Shown one piece after another: positions 1-8,082 of a DNA stretch of 64,000 bases. A model generated the notes under the pieces. It was not told where the DNA came from. It was given only the letters and a program-made list of their open reading frames with translations, and ran no database searches. The first letter of the stretch is position 1. Every line of letters starts with the position of its first letter. Origin of the DNA: Syntrophorhabdaceae bacterium (GTDB lineage: Bacteria; Desulfobacterota; Syntrophorhabdia; Syntrophorhabdales; Syntrophorhabdaceae). Position numbers and translations under genes: made by a program. The stretch lies in assembly GCA_963666485.2 (NCBI GenBank), contig CAXXUO010000001.1, forward strand, positions 672,001-736,000, given 5' to 3'.

Positions 1-376
1 GGAATTGAAGGACGGCAGCATATCTCCCAAGGACTCACCCGTCAAGCCCGCGCACCTCGCGGAGTTGCTCACCCTGATAAAGAACGGGACGATCAGCAAC
101 AAGATCGCAAAAGAGATATTCCCCGAAATATACCGTACGGGGACCTCGCCCGCGCAATACGTGAAGGAAAAAGGCCTCCTGCAGATCTCTGATGAGGGCG
201 CCATAGAGCAGATAATCGACGCGATACTTGCCCGGTCACCGAAAGAGGTCGCCGATTTCAAGGCCGGAAAAGAAAAGCTCATCGGGTTCTTCGTCGGACA
301 GGCAATGAAGGAAACAAAAGGAAAGGCGAACCCGGCACTGCTGAATGAGATACTTTTGAGGAAATTGAAATCGTAA
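1..376 (+). CDS. gatB: Asp-tRNA(Asn)/Glu-tRNA(Gln) amidotransferase subunit B, C-terminal part (5'-truncated by window)
   Basis: GatB/YqeY C-terminal motifs GTISNKIAKEIF, GLLQISD, FFVGQAMKETKGKANP; the stop TAA at 374-376 lies inside a heptamer repeat. Confidence 0.95.
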   Translation, partial: ELKDGSISPKDSPVKPAHLAELLTLIKNGTISNKIAKEIFPEIYRTGTSPAQYVKEKGLLQISDEGAIEQIIDAILARSPKEVADFKAGKEKLIGFFVGQAMKETKGKANPALLNEILLRKLKS

Positions 377-559
377 GGCGTAAGGCGTAAGGCGTAAGGC
401 GTAAGGCGTAAGGCGTAAGGCGTAAGGCGTAAGGCGTAAGGCGTAAGGCGTAAACAAAATAGATTAAATATAAAAGACGTTCAAGACAAAATAGCGTTAG
501 AATAGTAAAAGATGTTTTTATCGGGTATTTTTTAACGCCTTACGCCCTCACGCCTTACG
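372..559. repeat. Inverted heptamer-array element: (CGTAAGG)x~11.7, AT-rich spacer, inverted (CCTTACG) array
   Basis: Tandem CGTAAGG at 372-453; reverse-complement units at 535-559; ~80 bp AT-rich spacer. Confidence 0.95.
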
Positions 560-568
560 GAGGTTTAC

Positions 569-1594
569 ATGACCGACCACATTTACTGGAAAAACGGTAT
601 CCTTTATCTCCTCGACCAGCGGGAGCTGCCGTTCAAAAAGAAGTATGTCAAATGTACAGGCCTCTCCGATGTCATCACGGCCATAAACAACATGACTGTC
701 CGGGGCGCACCACTACTCGGCATCGTTGCGGCCTACGGCCTCGTTCTAGGGGTGAGGGAACGTACAAAAGCCGGGAGATCCGTCGCGTCCGCCGATATTG
801 AACGCATCGCGAAAAAGCTGGGAGATACGCGTCCCACGGCGGTAAACCTCTTCTGGGCCCTCGAGAAGATGCGGGACGCGTTCAGGCGCTATGCCGGTGA
901 CACCGACCTTGTCGAGGACCTCCTGGGCGAGGCCCTCGCGATCCACGTCGAAGACATAGAGAATAATCGGATGCTCTCCCTCTACGGAGCGGAGCTCATC
1001 GAGAACGGCGACACCATCCTCACTCACTGCAACGCCGGAGCGCTTGCAACGGGCGGGTACGGGACAGCCCTCGGTGTGCTGCGCGCAGCGCACGAGGCGG
1101 GCAAGAAGATCAAGGTCATCGCCACGGAGACACGGCCCTATATGCAGGGGTCGCGCCTTACTGTCTGGGAGCTGATGCAGGAAGGGATCCCCGTCGAGCT
1201 CGTACCCGAGAACCATGCGGGGCTTTTGTGCTCCAACAGGATGGTCACAAAGGTCATTACCGGCGCCGACAGGATCGCGCTCAACGGCGACACGGCGAAC
1301 AAGGTCGGGACATTCATGATTTCCCTTGCCGCACGGGAGTTCAAGATCCCATTCTACATCGCCGCGCCGGTCTCGACCTTCGATGCGTCGATCGAGTCGG
1401 GCAGCAGGATCCCGATCGAAGAGCGCAGCGCGCGCGAGGTCAAATATCTCGACGACAGGCTGTTGACCGTGAAGGATGCCCCTGCCCGTTATTATGCCTT
1501 CGACGTCACACCGTCTAAGAACATAAGCGGCTTCATAACGGAAAAAGGCATCATCCAGAAACCGTTCAAGAAATATATCAGCATGCTTTTTTAG
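569..1594 (+). CDS. mtnA: S-methyl-5-thioribose-1-phosphate isomerase
   Basis: Motifs LLDQRELP, VRGAPLLG, TRPTAVNLFWAL, ILTHCNAGALATGGYGTALG, ETRPYMQGSRLT, GADRIALNGDTANKVGT; GGAGG RBS. Confidence 0.95.
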   Translation: MTDHIYWKNGILYLLDQRELPFKKKYVKCTGLSDVITAINNMTVRGAPLLGIVAAYGLVLGVRERTKAGRSVASADIERIAKKLGDTRPTAVNLFWALEKMRDAFRRYAGDTDLVEDLLGEALAIHVEDIENNRMLSLYGAELIENGDTILTHCNAGALATGGYGTALGVLRAAHEAGKKIKVIATETRPYMQGSRLTVWELMQEGIPVELVPENHAGLLCSNRMVTKVITGADRIALNGDTANKVGTFMISLAAREFKIPFYIAAPVSTFDASIESGSRIPIEERSAREVKYLDDRLLTVKDAPARYYAFDVTPSKNISGFITEKGIIQKPFKKYISMLF

Positions 1595-1606
1595 CCGGCG
1601 AAAACG

Positions 1607-2377
1607 ATGGGCATTATAACGCTGTGCACCGATTTCGGCACCAGTGACCCGTACGTCGGGATAATGAAGGGGGTCATCCTCGGTGTGAACCCCGAAGCCC
1701 GGATCGTCGACATTACCCACGAGATCGATCCGCAGGATATACGGGAAGCAGCGTTCACCGTCCACGATTACTGGCATTATTTCCCCGCAGGCACCGTCCA
1801 CATCGTCGTTGTCGATCCCACGGTAGGCAGCTCGAGGCGCCCGATCGTCGTCGCCAGCGGCGGGCATTTTTTTGTGGGGCCGGACAACGGTGTATTTTCT
1901 CTGGTCGCAACTGAAGCATCCGAGGTCCGCGTGATAGAGAACCGGGACCTTATGCGCAAGGAAATAAGCGCCACGTTTCACGGACGGGATATATTCAGCC
2001 CCGTGGGTGGGCATCTGTCCCGGGGAACAGCGCCGTCCTCGCTGGGGGCGGCGATAGCGGACCCCGTCGTGCTTGACGACATTCATCCCGTTATAACGGC
2101 GGAGAAGATGACCGGGGATATCGCCCGGTTCGATCACTTTGGCAACGCGATAACGAACATACGCAGCGAAGAGTTTGCGTCATACGTGAAAGGTGCTCCC
2201 TACCGGATAAGCGTCAACGAGCTTTCATTCACGTCGCTCAGCCGCAGTTATTTCGAAGGAGACATGACCTGCCTCACCGGCAGTTCAGGATATATCGAAT
2301 TCGGTATTTTTCGGGGGAATTTCAGGACAATGACCGGGGCGCGCACGCGTGACCCGGTGACGATCACTCTTCAATAG
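1607..2377 (+). CDS. SAM hydroxide adenosyltransferase (DUF62 / chlorinase-fluorinase family)
   Basis: IITLCTDFG, YVGIMKGVI, VVDPTVGSSRR, GPDNG, SATFHGRDIF, DHFGNAITN. Confidence 0.9.
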   Translation: MGIITLCTDFGTSDPYVGIMKGVILGVNPEARIVDITHEIDPQDIREAAFTVHDYWHYFPAGTVHIVVVDPTVGSSRRPIVVASGGHFFVGPDNGVFSLVATEASEVRVIENRDLMRKEISATFHGRDIFSPVGGHLSRGTAPSSLGAAIADPVVLDDIHPVITAEKMTGDIARFDHFGNAITNIRSEEFASYVKGAPYRISVNELSFTSLSRSYFEGDMTCLTGSSGYIEFGIFRGNFRTMTGARTRDPVTITLQ

Positions 2378-2567
2378 ACGTCAGGGCGCCCTTTAATTTC
2401 AGGGTCGCGATCTGTATCAGCTGGCCCGCCTCATCTATATCCCGGGATACGGTGTCGAGACCGCCCGTGGCAGCGACCCGGGCCCACTTGCGGTAATTCT
2501 CGGCCAGGTATTCATTGTTCTGGATCAGCTGTTTCAGGACAATGCGTAAACGGTTCTCTTCTTCCAT
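2364..2567 (-). CDS. Small hypothetical alpha-helical protein (67 aa)
   Basis: ORF with AAGGAGGGAG RBS, co-directional downstream of rmuC. Confidence 0.65.
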   Translation of the reverse strand: MEEENRLRIVLKQLIQNNEYLAENYRKWARVAATGGLDTVSRDIDEAGQLIQIATLKLKGALTSIEE

Positions 2568-2625
2568 GCTCCCTCCTTATCGTGAGGCCCTTCAACCGGC
2601 TCGTATTACTGGCAATCCCGGCCTT

Positions 2626-4017
2626 TCAGGTTTCACCCGGCTCAATACTCCCGGCCTCGATGGGTAAGGCCTCGGCCGCACTCAATTCGTCGATCTTCTT
2701 CAGGGGACGCTCGAGCATATTCGTCCGCGTCGTGGTCAGTGTATCATACTCCTTTTTTGCCGCGTCGATCCGGTCGCCCATCACCTTGAATTTATCCTTG
2801 TACGCCTTCCATTGTTTCGAGAATTCCGCGAGGAGCTTCAGTATCTCGGAGGCGGTCCTCTCGAGGGCAAAGTTCTCGATGGTCTGGCGGATAATAGCGA
2901 GCACCGCGTACAGGGTGAACGGCGAGCACAGGATGACCTTTTGCCTCAACGCCTCATCCATGAGGGTCGCATCCGATTCCTGGATGAAGCCGTAGACCTG
3001 CTCGTTGGGAATGAACATGATGACGTAATCGACCGTATTCTCGGCGGGGTTGATATATTCGCGGGATGTCACCTGGCGGATCATGATCTTCGTGTTCCTG
3101 ATCAGTTCATCGCGGTAGCGCTTCCTGTCGTTGTCGTTCTCCGCGTCGAGGTAATGCGTGAAATTGTCGAGCGGGAACTTGACGTCCATATTGACCCTGA
3201 GGTCGTTCGGCAGCAGGAACGTATAGTCCGGCCTGCCGGGCGCATTCTCGAGGGTCTTTTGCTTGATATAGTTCACGCCCTCCACCATACCGACAAGGCG
3301 GATGATGTCCTCGGCCATGCGTTCGCCCCATTCGCCCCGCTTCTTCGAGCTTGCGAGCGCGCGCCCCAGGTGCTCCGTCGTATCTTTCAGCTTCGACGTG
3401 ACATCCTCGTGCTTGCGGATGAGCGTCGTGACCTCGGCGATCTTCTCGCCGCTTACCTTGCCCACGTCTTCTATACGCCGCTGGACCTCCTGCAGCGTCT
3501 TGCCAATGGATTCGATGTTCTTGTCGATGAGCTCTTTTTTCGTTTCGAGCTCTTTGCGCCCCTCGACACCCTGGGATTTCAATTTTTCCCCGGCAAGCCG
3601 CATGAAATCCTCGGCGTACACCTTGAACTGGTCTGTATTGTGAGCGAGTGCATCGTGGGAGAGGGCCTTGAACGTTTCGCTGAGTTCTTTCCGGATCGCC
3701 TCGAAGTTCTCCATCTCCTCCTTGAGGCGCCTGTCAGCGGCTTCGCATTGCGTGATCGCCTGTATCCTCGTGTCCCGCTCCGCAGCGAGCGCTTCACGGC
3801 AGCGGTTAAGCTCTTCCTGGCTTTGCTGGCACTGCAGCCTGAGCTCGCCCGTCACGGCCTCGGCCGACCCTGCCCGCGTCTCGAGCTCGGCCTGCCGCGA
3901 CCGGGCGCGCGCGGCGATTATCAGCGAGAAGACGAAACCGCCGACGACAACACCGGCGCAAAAGATGAGCGAGATAACTACCCAGCTCACCAGATGACCC
4001 CGGGATTTATCGCCCAT
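2626..4017 (-). CDS. rmuC: DNA recombination protein RmuC
   Basis: N-terminal TM helix, long coiled coil, KKRGEWGE, RPDYTFLLPN..DVKFP, DYVIMFIPNE, VILCSPFTL. Confidence 0.9.
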   Translation of the reverse strand: MGDKSRGHLVSWVVISLIFCAGVVVGGFVFSLIIAARARSRQAELETRAGSAEAVTGELRLQCQQSQEELNRCREALAAERDTRIQAITQCEAADRRLKEEMENFEAIRKELSETFKALSHDALAHNTDQFKVYAEDFMRLAGEKLKSQGVEGRKELETKKELIDKNIESIGKTLQEVQRRIEDVGKVSGEKIAEVTTLIRKHEDVTSKLKDTTEHLGRALASSKKRGEWGERMAEDIIRLVGMVEGVNYIKQKTLENAPGRPDYTFLLPNDLRVNMDVKFPLDNFTHYLDAENDNDRKRYRDELIRNTKIMIRQVTSREYINPAENTVDYVIMFIPNEQVYGFIQESDATLMDEALRQKVILCSPFTLYAVLAIIRQTIENFALERTASEILKLLAEFSKQWKAYKDKFKVMGDRIDAAKKEYDTLTTTRTNMLERPLKKIDELSAAEALPIEAGSIEPGET

Positions 4018-4451
4018 TCAATGATCCATCTGCCGCCGCCCGCCTGTTTCAGGCAAACCGCGCTCACCGGTTTGAGGTCAACGATCCTCCGGTTCGCATC
4101 GCCCAGCACCAGGAGGCCAAGGAGCCTATCAAGGAACGGCAGGTGGCCCACGATCGCGGTGTTCTCATCCATCGCGTTGATCCTTGCGACCCAGGCCGCC
4201 GGGTCATCGTTCGGGGCAAGCCCCGCCTCCTCGCGGAGTTCTTTCTTCGGTTTCAATGATTCCGTTATGGCCTGAGCGGTCTCGCATGCCCTTTTTTTCG
4301 TGCTGTGCATGACCGTATCGAGCTCGGTGCCCATAAAAGAGAGGAATTCACCGACCCTGCGGGCATCTTTCATTCCGCGGTCCGTGAGCCCGCGCCCGGG
4401 GTCTTCCTCTTCCGGTTTCGCCTCTCCATGGCGAACAAGGTAAAGCAGCAT
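3987..4451 (-). CDS. sixA: Phosphohistidine phosphatase SixA
   Basis: LYLVRHGEA, RGLTDRG, HSTKKRACETA, IVGHLPFL. Confidence 0.9.
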   Translation of the reverse strand: MLLYLVRHGEAKPEEEDPGRGLTDRGMKDARRVGEFLSFMGTELDTVMHSTKKRACETAQAITESLKPKKELREEAGLAPNDDPAAWVARINAMDENTAIVGHLPFLDRLLGLLVLGDANRRIVDLKPVSAVCLKQAGGGRWIIEWAINPGVIW

Positions 4452-4510
4452 TATTCCCTCGCGTGTTTTCGTTTAAACCCGGCAGCCCCCCACCGGGACC
4501 ACAGTATAAT

Positions 4511-5170
4511 CTATTTCTTGCCGAGCGGCATTACATAAAGGACCTTCTCGCCTGCCGGCAGCCCTATCGCCTTGCCCACGGCGTCCGCATCGAAGCCCGC
4601 CATAGTGACCGTGCCGATGCCGAGGGATACCCCCTCGAGGTAGACATTCTGCGCCGCATGGCCCGCCTCGAGGTACATCCAGCCCTCGTTCTTGGCCCGG
4701 TCCTTTGCCCCGGCTATGACAAGCGCTGCGGGCGCCTTCTGGATCGGCGCCTGTCCCGCCGCCTTGTACAGTTTCTCTTTCATGTCCCCGCCGGCGACAG
4801 GTTCGAGAACATGGCCCGCCGGGACATAGCGGTACATCCCGGGGTTAATCCCCGTTACGTTGCCCGCGAAGAAATATACCGTCAGAAAGTACTGGGCACG
4901 CGCAGACGGCGCGGTCCTCAAGCCGCGCTTCGGCTCGGTGATACCCTGGGCCGCCCACAGTATCTGCGACACATCGCTCATGGAAAGGGGGCTATCTTTA
5001 TATACCCTGACCGTGCGCCTCTCCTTCAGCGCCTTCTCGACAGAGACCGTCCCGTCATATTTCGGCTCCGGCAGTTTGATCTGCGCGCCCGGTTGGGCAG
5101 TCTGGCAATAAGCACCCGTTGCCAGGACGCACAACATGATTGCCGCCAGCACATAAATCATGGACCTCAT
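4511..5170 (-). CDS. SagB/ThcOx-like nitroreductase-family FMN protein with N-terminal signal peptide
   Basis: IKLPEP, ERRTVRVY, SQILWAAQG, RTAPSA, LEAGHAAQNVYL; hydrophobic N-terminus. Confidence 0.85.
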   Translation of the reverse strand: MRSMIYVLAAIMLCVLATGAYCQTAQPGAQIKLPEPKYDGTVSVEKALKERRTVRVYKDSPLSMSDVSQILWAAQGITEPKRGLRTAPSARAQYFLTVYFFAGNVTGINPGMYRYVPAGHVLEPVAGGDMKEKLYKAAGQAPIQKAPAALVIAGAKDRAKNEGWMYLEAGHAAQNVYLEGVSLGIGTVTMAGFDADAVGKAIGLPAGEKVLYVMPLGKK

Positions 5171-5266
5171 CTTTCACCTCCGGGATGGAATGAGACAACT
5201 TCCACATGGTAATAATTTTTCCCTGTATTTGCAACAATCAGCAACACCATGAGGAATACCAAAACA

Positions 5267-5295
5267 TTGACAATTCAATTCCGGGCTGTTATAAC
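5267..5295 (+). promoter_or_regulatory. sigma-70 promoter of tRNA-Ala
   Basis: TTGACA (5267-5272), 17 bp, TATAAC (5290-5295) with extended -10 TG, 11 bp upstream of the tRNA. Confidence 0.75.
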
Positions 5296-5306
5296 TCTAG
5301 ACTCAT

Positions 5307-5382
5307 GGGGCTGTAGCTCAGCTGGGAGAGTGCTTGACTGGCAGTCAAGAGGTCGAGGGTTCGATCCCCTTCAGCTCCACCA
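5307..5382 (+). tRNA. tRNA-Ala (anticodon GGC)
   Basis: 76-nt cloverleaf: GGGGCTG/CAGCTCC acceptor stem with G3:U70, anticodon arm CTTGA-CTGGCAG-TCAAG, GTTCGAT T-loop, encoded CCA. Confidence 0.97.
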
Positions 5383-5398
5383 ATTCTTTCAACACTTT

Positions 5399-5427
5399 AG
5401 GCCATCTTTTCGGTGGCCTCTTTTTTT
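5399..5427 (+). terminator. Rho-independent terminator after the tRNA
   Basis: AGGCCATC/GGTGGCCT hairpin followed by a T tract. Confidence 0.75.
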
Positions 5428-5622
5428 GATGCGTCTATAGAATAATCACCCGCCATATTTCCTGCCTTCCATCTCGCTTCCTTCTCGCGTTCCTTATATC
5501 AAGGAATAATATTCGGAAAGGAGCACTAAAGATATTAACCCGGATACCGGTTAATTGCGCATATCCGTTGACACAGGCGAAAACAGGCCTACGTTGTTAT
5601 TTAGGATATCTGGAGGTGCAAA

Positions 5623-5850
5623 ATGAAAATAATCCTGGGCGCATTGTTTATCATCTCTACCTTGCTTACCGCGTCGTGCGTGGTAGCCCCTTACTATTAC
5701 GACGATGGTTATCCGTATTATCGCGGCTATTATTATTATCCCCCTTATCTCTACTACAATTATCCTCTTGATGGTCACTATCATGGATATTACAGGGATG
5801 GTCAATATCACAGGGAAGGCGAACATCAAGAATTTCACGAAAGGCATTAG
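5623..5850 (+). CDS. Small Tyr/His-rich lipoprotein
   Basis: GGAGG RBS; signal peptide with lipobox-like TAS-C; low-complexity YYxP/YHG tail. Confidence 0.75.
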   Translation: MKIILGALFIISTLLTASCVVAPYYYDDGYPYYRGYYYYPPYLYYNYPLDGHYHGYYRDGQYHREGEHQEFHERH

Positions 5851-5882
5851 TGCCGATCCCCTATTCCCGGAGATGTCTTTGT

Positions 5883-5901
5883 ATCCCCTTCCACTCCACC
5901 A
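5883..5901 (+). other. Degenerate duplicate of the tRNA-Ala 3' end (att-site remnant)
   Basis: ATCCCCTTCCACTCCACCA matches tRNA 5364-5382 ATCCCCTTCAGCTCCACCA at 17/19. Confidence 0.6.
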
Positions 5902-5909
5902 TCGGAATG

Positions 5910-5946
5910 AAAAGGTTACGAAACCGTGATTTCGTAACCTTTTTTT
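5910..5946. terminator. Bidirectional terminator-like hairpin
   Basis: AAAAGGTTACGAAA / TTTCGTAACCTTTT between convergent genes. Confidence 0.8.
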
Positions 5947-6006
5947 GTTGCGCAAAAATTGGAAAGCGGGATTCTCAGTCCCGTTTGAATTTTCCGGCTT
6001 CCCGTT

Positions 6007-6663
6007 TTATAAGACTAGTTTTTTGAACTCCTCAAAACCCAGCTGATCGATAAATGCGCCTATACGCTGTTTTGCCGTGCATTTTTCCTTGTAAACGGCT
6101 ATGACCTTGTCGATCATGGCCATGGCGTCTTCATCTGAAAGGTCGCGTGTGAGTTCCTGTGCGAGCCGCGGCTTCGCCCCGCCGCTTCCGCCGACGAACA
6201 GCCTCCAGCCGCTTTTTGACCCGACAAGACCGATATCCTTGATACAAGTCTCGGCACACTGGTTCGGGCATCCGCTCACACCGATCTTGAACTTGCTCGG
6301 GGTTTCGAAGCCGTGATACTTTTCATCGAGCTTAAACCCCATGCCGAGGCTGTCAAGCACCCCTCTTTTGCAGAAGGTCGTACCGGGGCACGCCTTTATG
6401 CTCCTGATACAGAGCCCGACTGCGGCCCCCGGCGTCATTTCCAGGTCCTTCCACACGGCATCGACCTCGTCCTCCTTCAGGCCGACGATCGCAATACGTG
6501 CCGCGCTCGTCACTTTCAGGGCCGCTGCCTTATATTTCTCCGCCACATCGGCGATCTTCCTCAGCGCGGCAGGGCTTACAACACCGCAGGGTATGTGCGG
6601 TGCGACCGCATACGTTTCCTTGTCCCGTTGAAGGATCACTCCTTTGTCTCCGTCTTGAAGCAT
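6007..6663 (-). CDS. Nitrite/sulfite reductase-like half-domain 4Fe-4S protein
   Basis: ILQRDKETYAVAPHIPCG, SIKACPGTTFCKRG, KFKIGVSGCPNQCAE, DIGLVG. Confidence 0.85.
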   Translation of the reverse strand: MLQDGDKGVILQRDKETYAVAPHIPCGVVSPAALRKIADVAEKYKAAALKVTSAARIAIVGLKEDEVDAVWKDLEMTPGAAVGLCIRSIKACPGTTFCKRGVLDSLGMGFKLDEKYHGFETPSKFKIGVSGCPNQCAETCIKDIGLVGSKSGWRLFVGGSGGAKPRLAQELTRDLSDEDAMAMIDKVIAVYKEKCTAKQRIGAFIDQLGFEEFKKLVL

Positions 6664-6770
6664 CGTTTTACCTCCTTCTTAACAGTGTGTTTGAGCCTGA
6701 CATTCAGATGCGAAGTTCTTATCTCCCGGAGTCTATCCCGAAGCCCTGAAAATAGCAATAAAATCTGTTA

Positions 6771-6793
6771 GGGGACGTCCTTAAGAAAGTAAG
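6771..6793 (+). repeat. 23-bp RAYT-flanking motif, left-type copy (GGGGACGTCCTTAAGAAAGTAAG)
   Basis: Exact reverse complement at 7936-7958 and 8033-8055; further copies at 31393-31831. Confidence 0.95.
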
Positions 6794-6802
6794 TAGTTGC
6801 TT

Positions 6803-7798
6803 TCAGAAAAGCTTTAAGCCTTTCATTTCGACTACAATCCTACCCCTTTTCACGGCGAGAACAATGGCAGGCGAGGAAACTTCAAAACGTTCAGCAAGGA
6901 CTTTCAAAGAGGCGCCAAGCTCCGTCACTGCGAAAAAGCAAAATACGCTTCTCGCCTCAGTAATTTTCTTGTATCTTCTGCGTGTATTAATATCCGCAGG
7001 CGATATCCCATAAATGTCACATATTCTTTTCTCTATACCCATAATGTCCAAGCCCGACTGTATCAATTCGTATCGCCGGTTCATTTTTTCTTCTGCCCGG
7101 GCGAGCAAATCCCGGACAAATGATTCGTCCCCCATGATACGTCTGTCATCCTTTAGGAATCCTTCCGGGTGTAACCTCCCGTCCTCGTGCCAGACCCCGG
7201 CAGTTCGGGCCCATCCCCCGGTGACTAGATCAGGTCGATGGCCTTGATCGACACCTGATTCGATAAATTTGTCATATGCGATCCGTGGTTTATTTTGAGC
7301 ACCAAATAAGTCGAGAATATACTCGATGTCCTGCCAGGTAACTTTTAGATTACCAAGAATAGTTGCGTGCCCTGACCAGGGAAACAATGCGAGATCTCGA
7401 TATTCTGGAACAATCCCTGCCCTGAGCGGATTAAGATGAATGTACCGCACCAGTTCTTTCAGGTAGGGCTCCTCCTGACAAATGATCGAGCGATAACGGT
7501 TCCGAAAAAGATGTCCTCTGCGAGCATGCCGCCGATTAAAACTCGCCGCATAACCCGTGAGAAGCCGACCCATAAAGGTAGCCAAAGGTACATCCCCCGT
7601 ACGAAGTAATAAATGCGCATGATTCGACAAAAGAACCCATGCATAGCAGACCGTTCCTGTTTCCGGAATAAGAACTGCTAGTCGTTTTGTGAAATCTGTT
7701 CTATCCGTATTATCGAGAAAGATGCTTGTTCCTGCAATTCCACGGATCATTACATGATGGAGCGCTCCTGTAGCATCAAGACGGGGCTGTCGCGGCAT
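6803..7798 (-). mobile_element. REP-associated tyrosine transposase (RAYT; HUH Y1 family) with C-terminal HTH extension
   Basis: MPRQPRL..HHVMIRG, HUH motif SNHAHLL, FNRRHARRGHLFRNRY, catalytic Tyr region VRYIHLNPLRAGIV, FPWSGH; more AT-rich than its neighbours; flanked by an inverted 23-bp motif. Confidence 0.88.
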
Positions 7799-7935
7799 AA
7801 TCACCTCTATTCTGGAATTTATTTTCCTGCCTTTTATGCATATTACTTTTTTCGGGCCAAAATGGGATCGGATTGGAAAAGAATGAAGAAGGGAGACGAT
7901 TTAAGGAACAGCGAAATCAGTGGGTGTGGGGGTTT

Positions 7936-8055
7936 CTTACTTTCTTAAGGACGTCCCCCTGGGCTACTCTTAAGGACGTCCCCCTGGGCTACTCTTAAGG
8001 ACGTCCCCCTGGGCTACTGGGCTCAAAAGTTTCTTACTTTCTTAAGGACGTCCCC
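7936..8055 (-). repeat. Right-type RAYT-flanking motif cluster with a 25-bp tandem triplication
   Basis: Full motif at 7936-7958 and 8033-8055; TCTTAAGGACGTCCCCCTGGGCTAC x3 at 7943-8017. Confidence 0.95.
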
Positions 8056-8082
8056 GGCTTTTTGTTATGCCTTTTTATGCTC

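Noticed and set aside
236..457. ORFs made of LTPYALR, VPGSTF or AVIP repeats (also 18203-18475, 18458-18652, 24628-25171, 30697-31161, 31743-31970, 53120-53434)
   Set aside because: They are translations of non-coding repeats, lack RBSs and often overlap real genes.
1607..2377. Fluorinase or chlorinase
   Set aside because: It retains the Asp-Arg-His triad (TFHGRD) of SAM hydroxide adenosyltransferases.
4511..5850. SagB-like gene plus small peptide as an azole RiPP cluster
   Set aside because: No YcaO or E1 partner is present, the SagB-like protein has a signal peptide, and the small ORF is a lipoprotein with few Cys/Ser/Thr.
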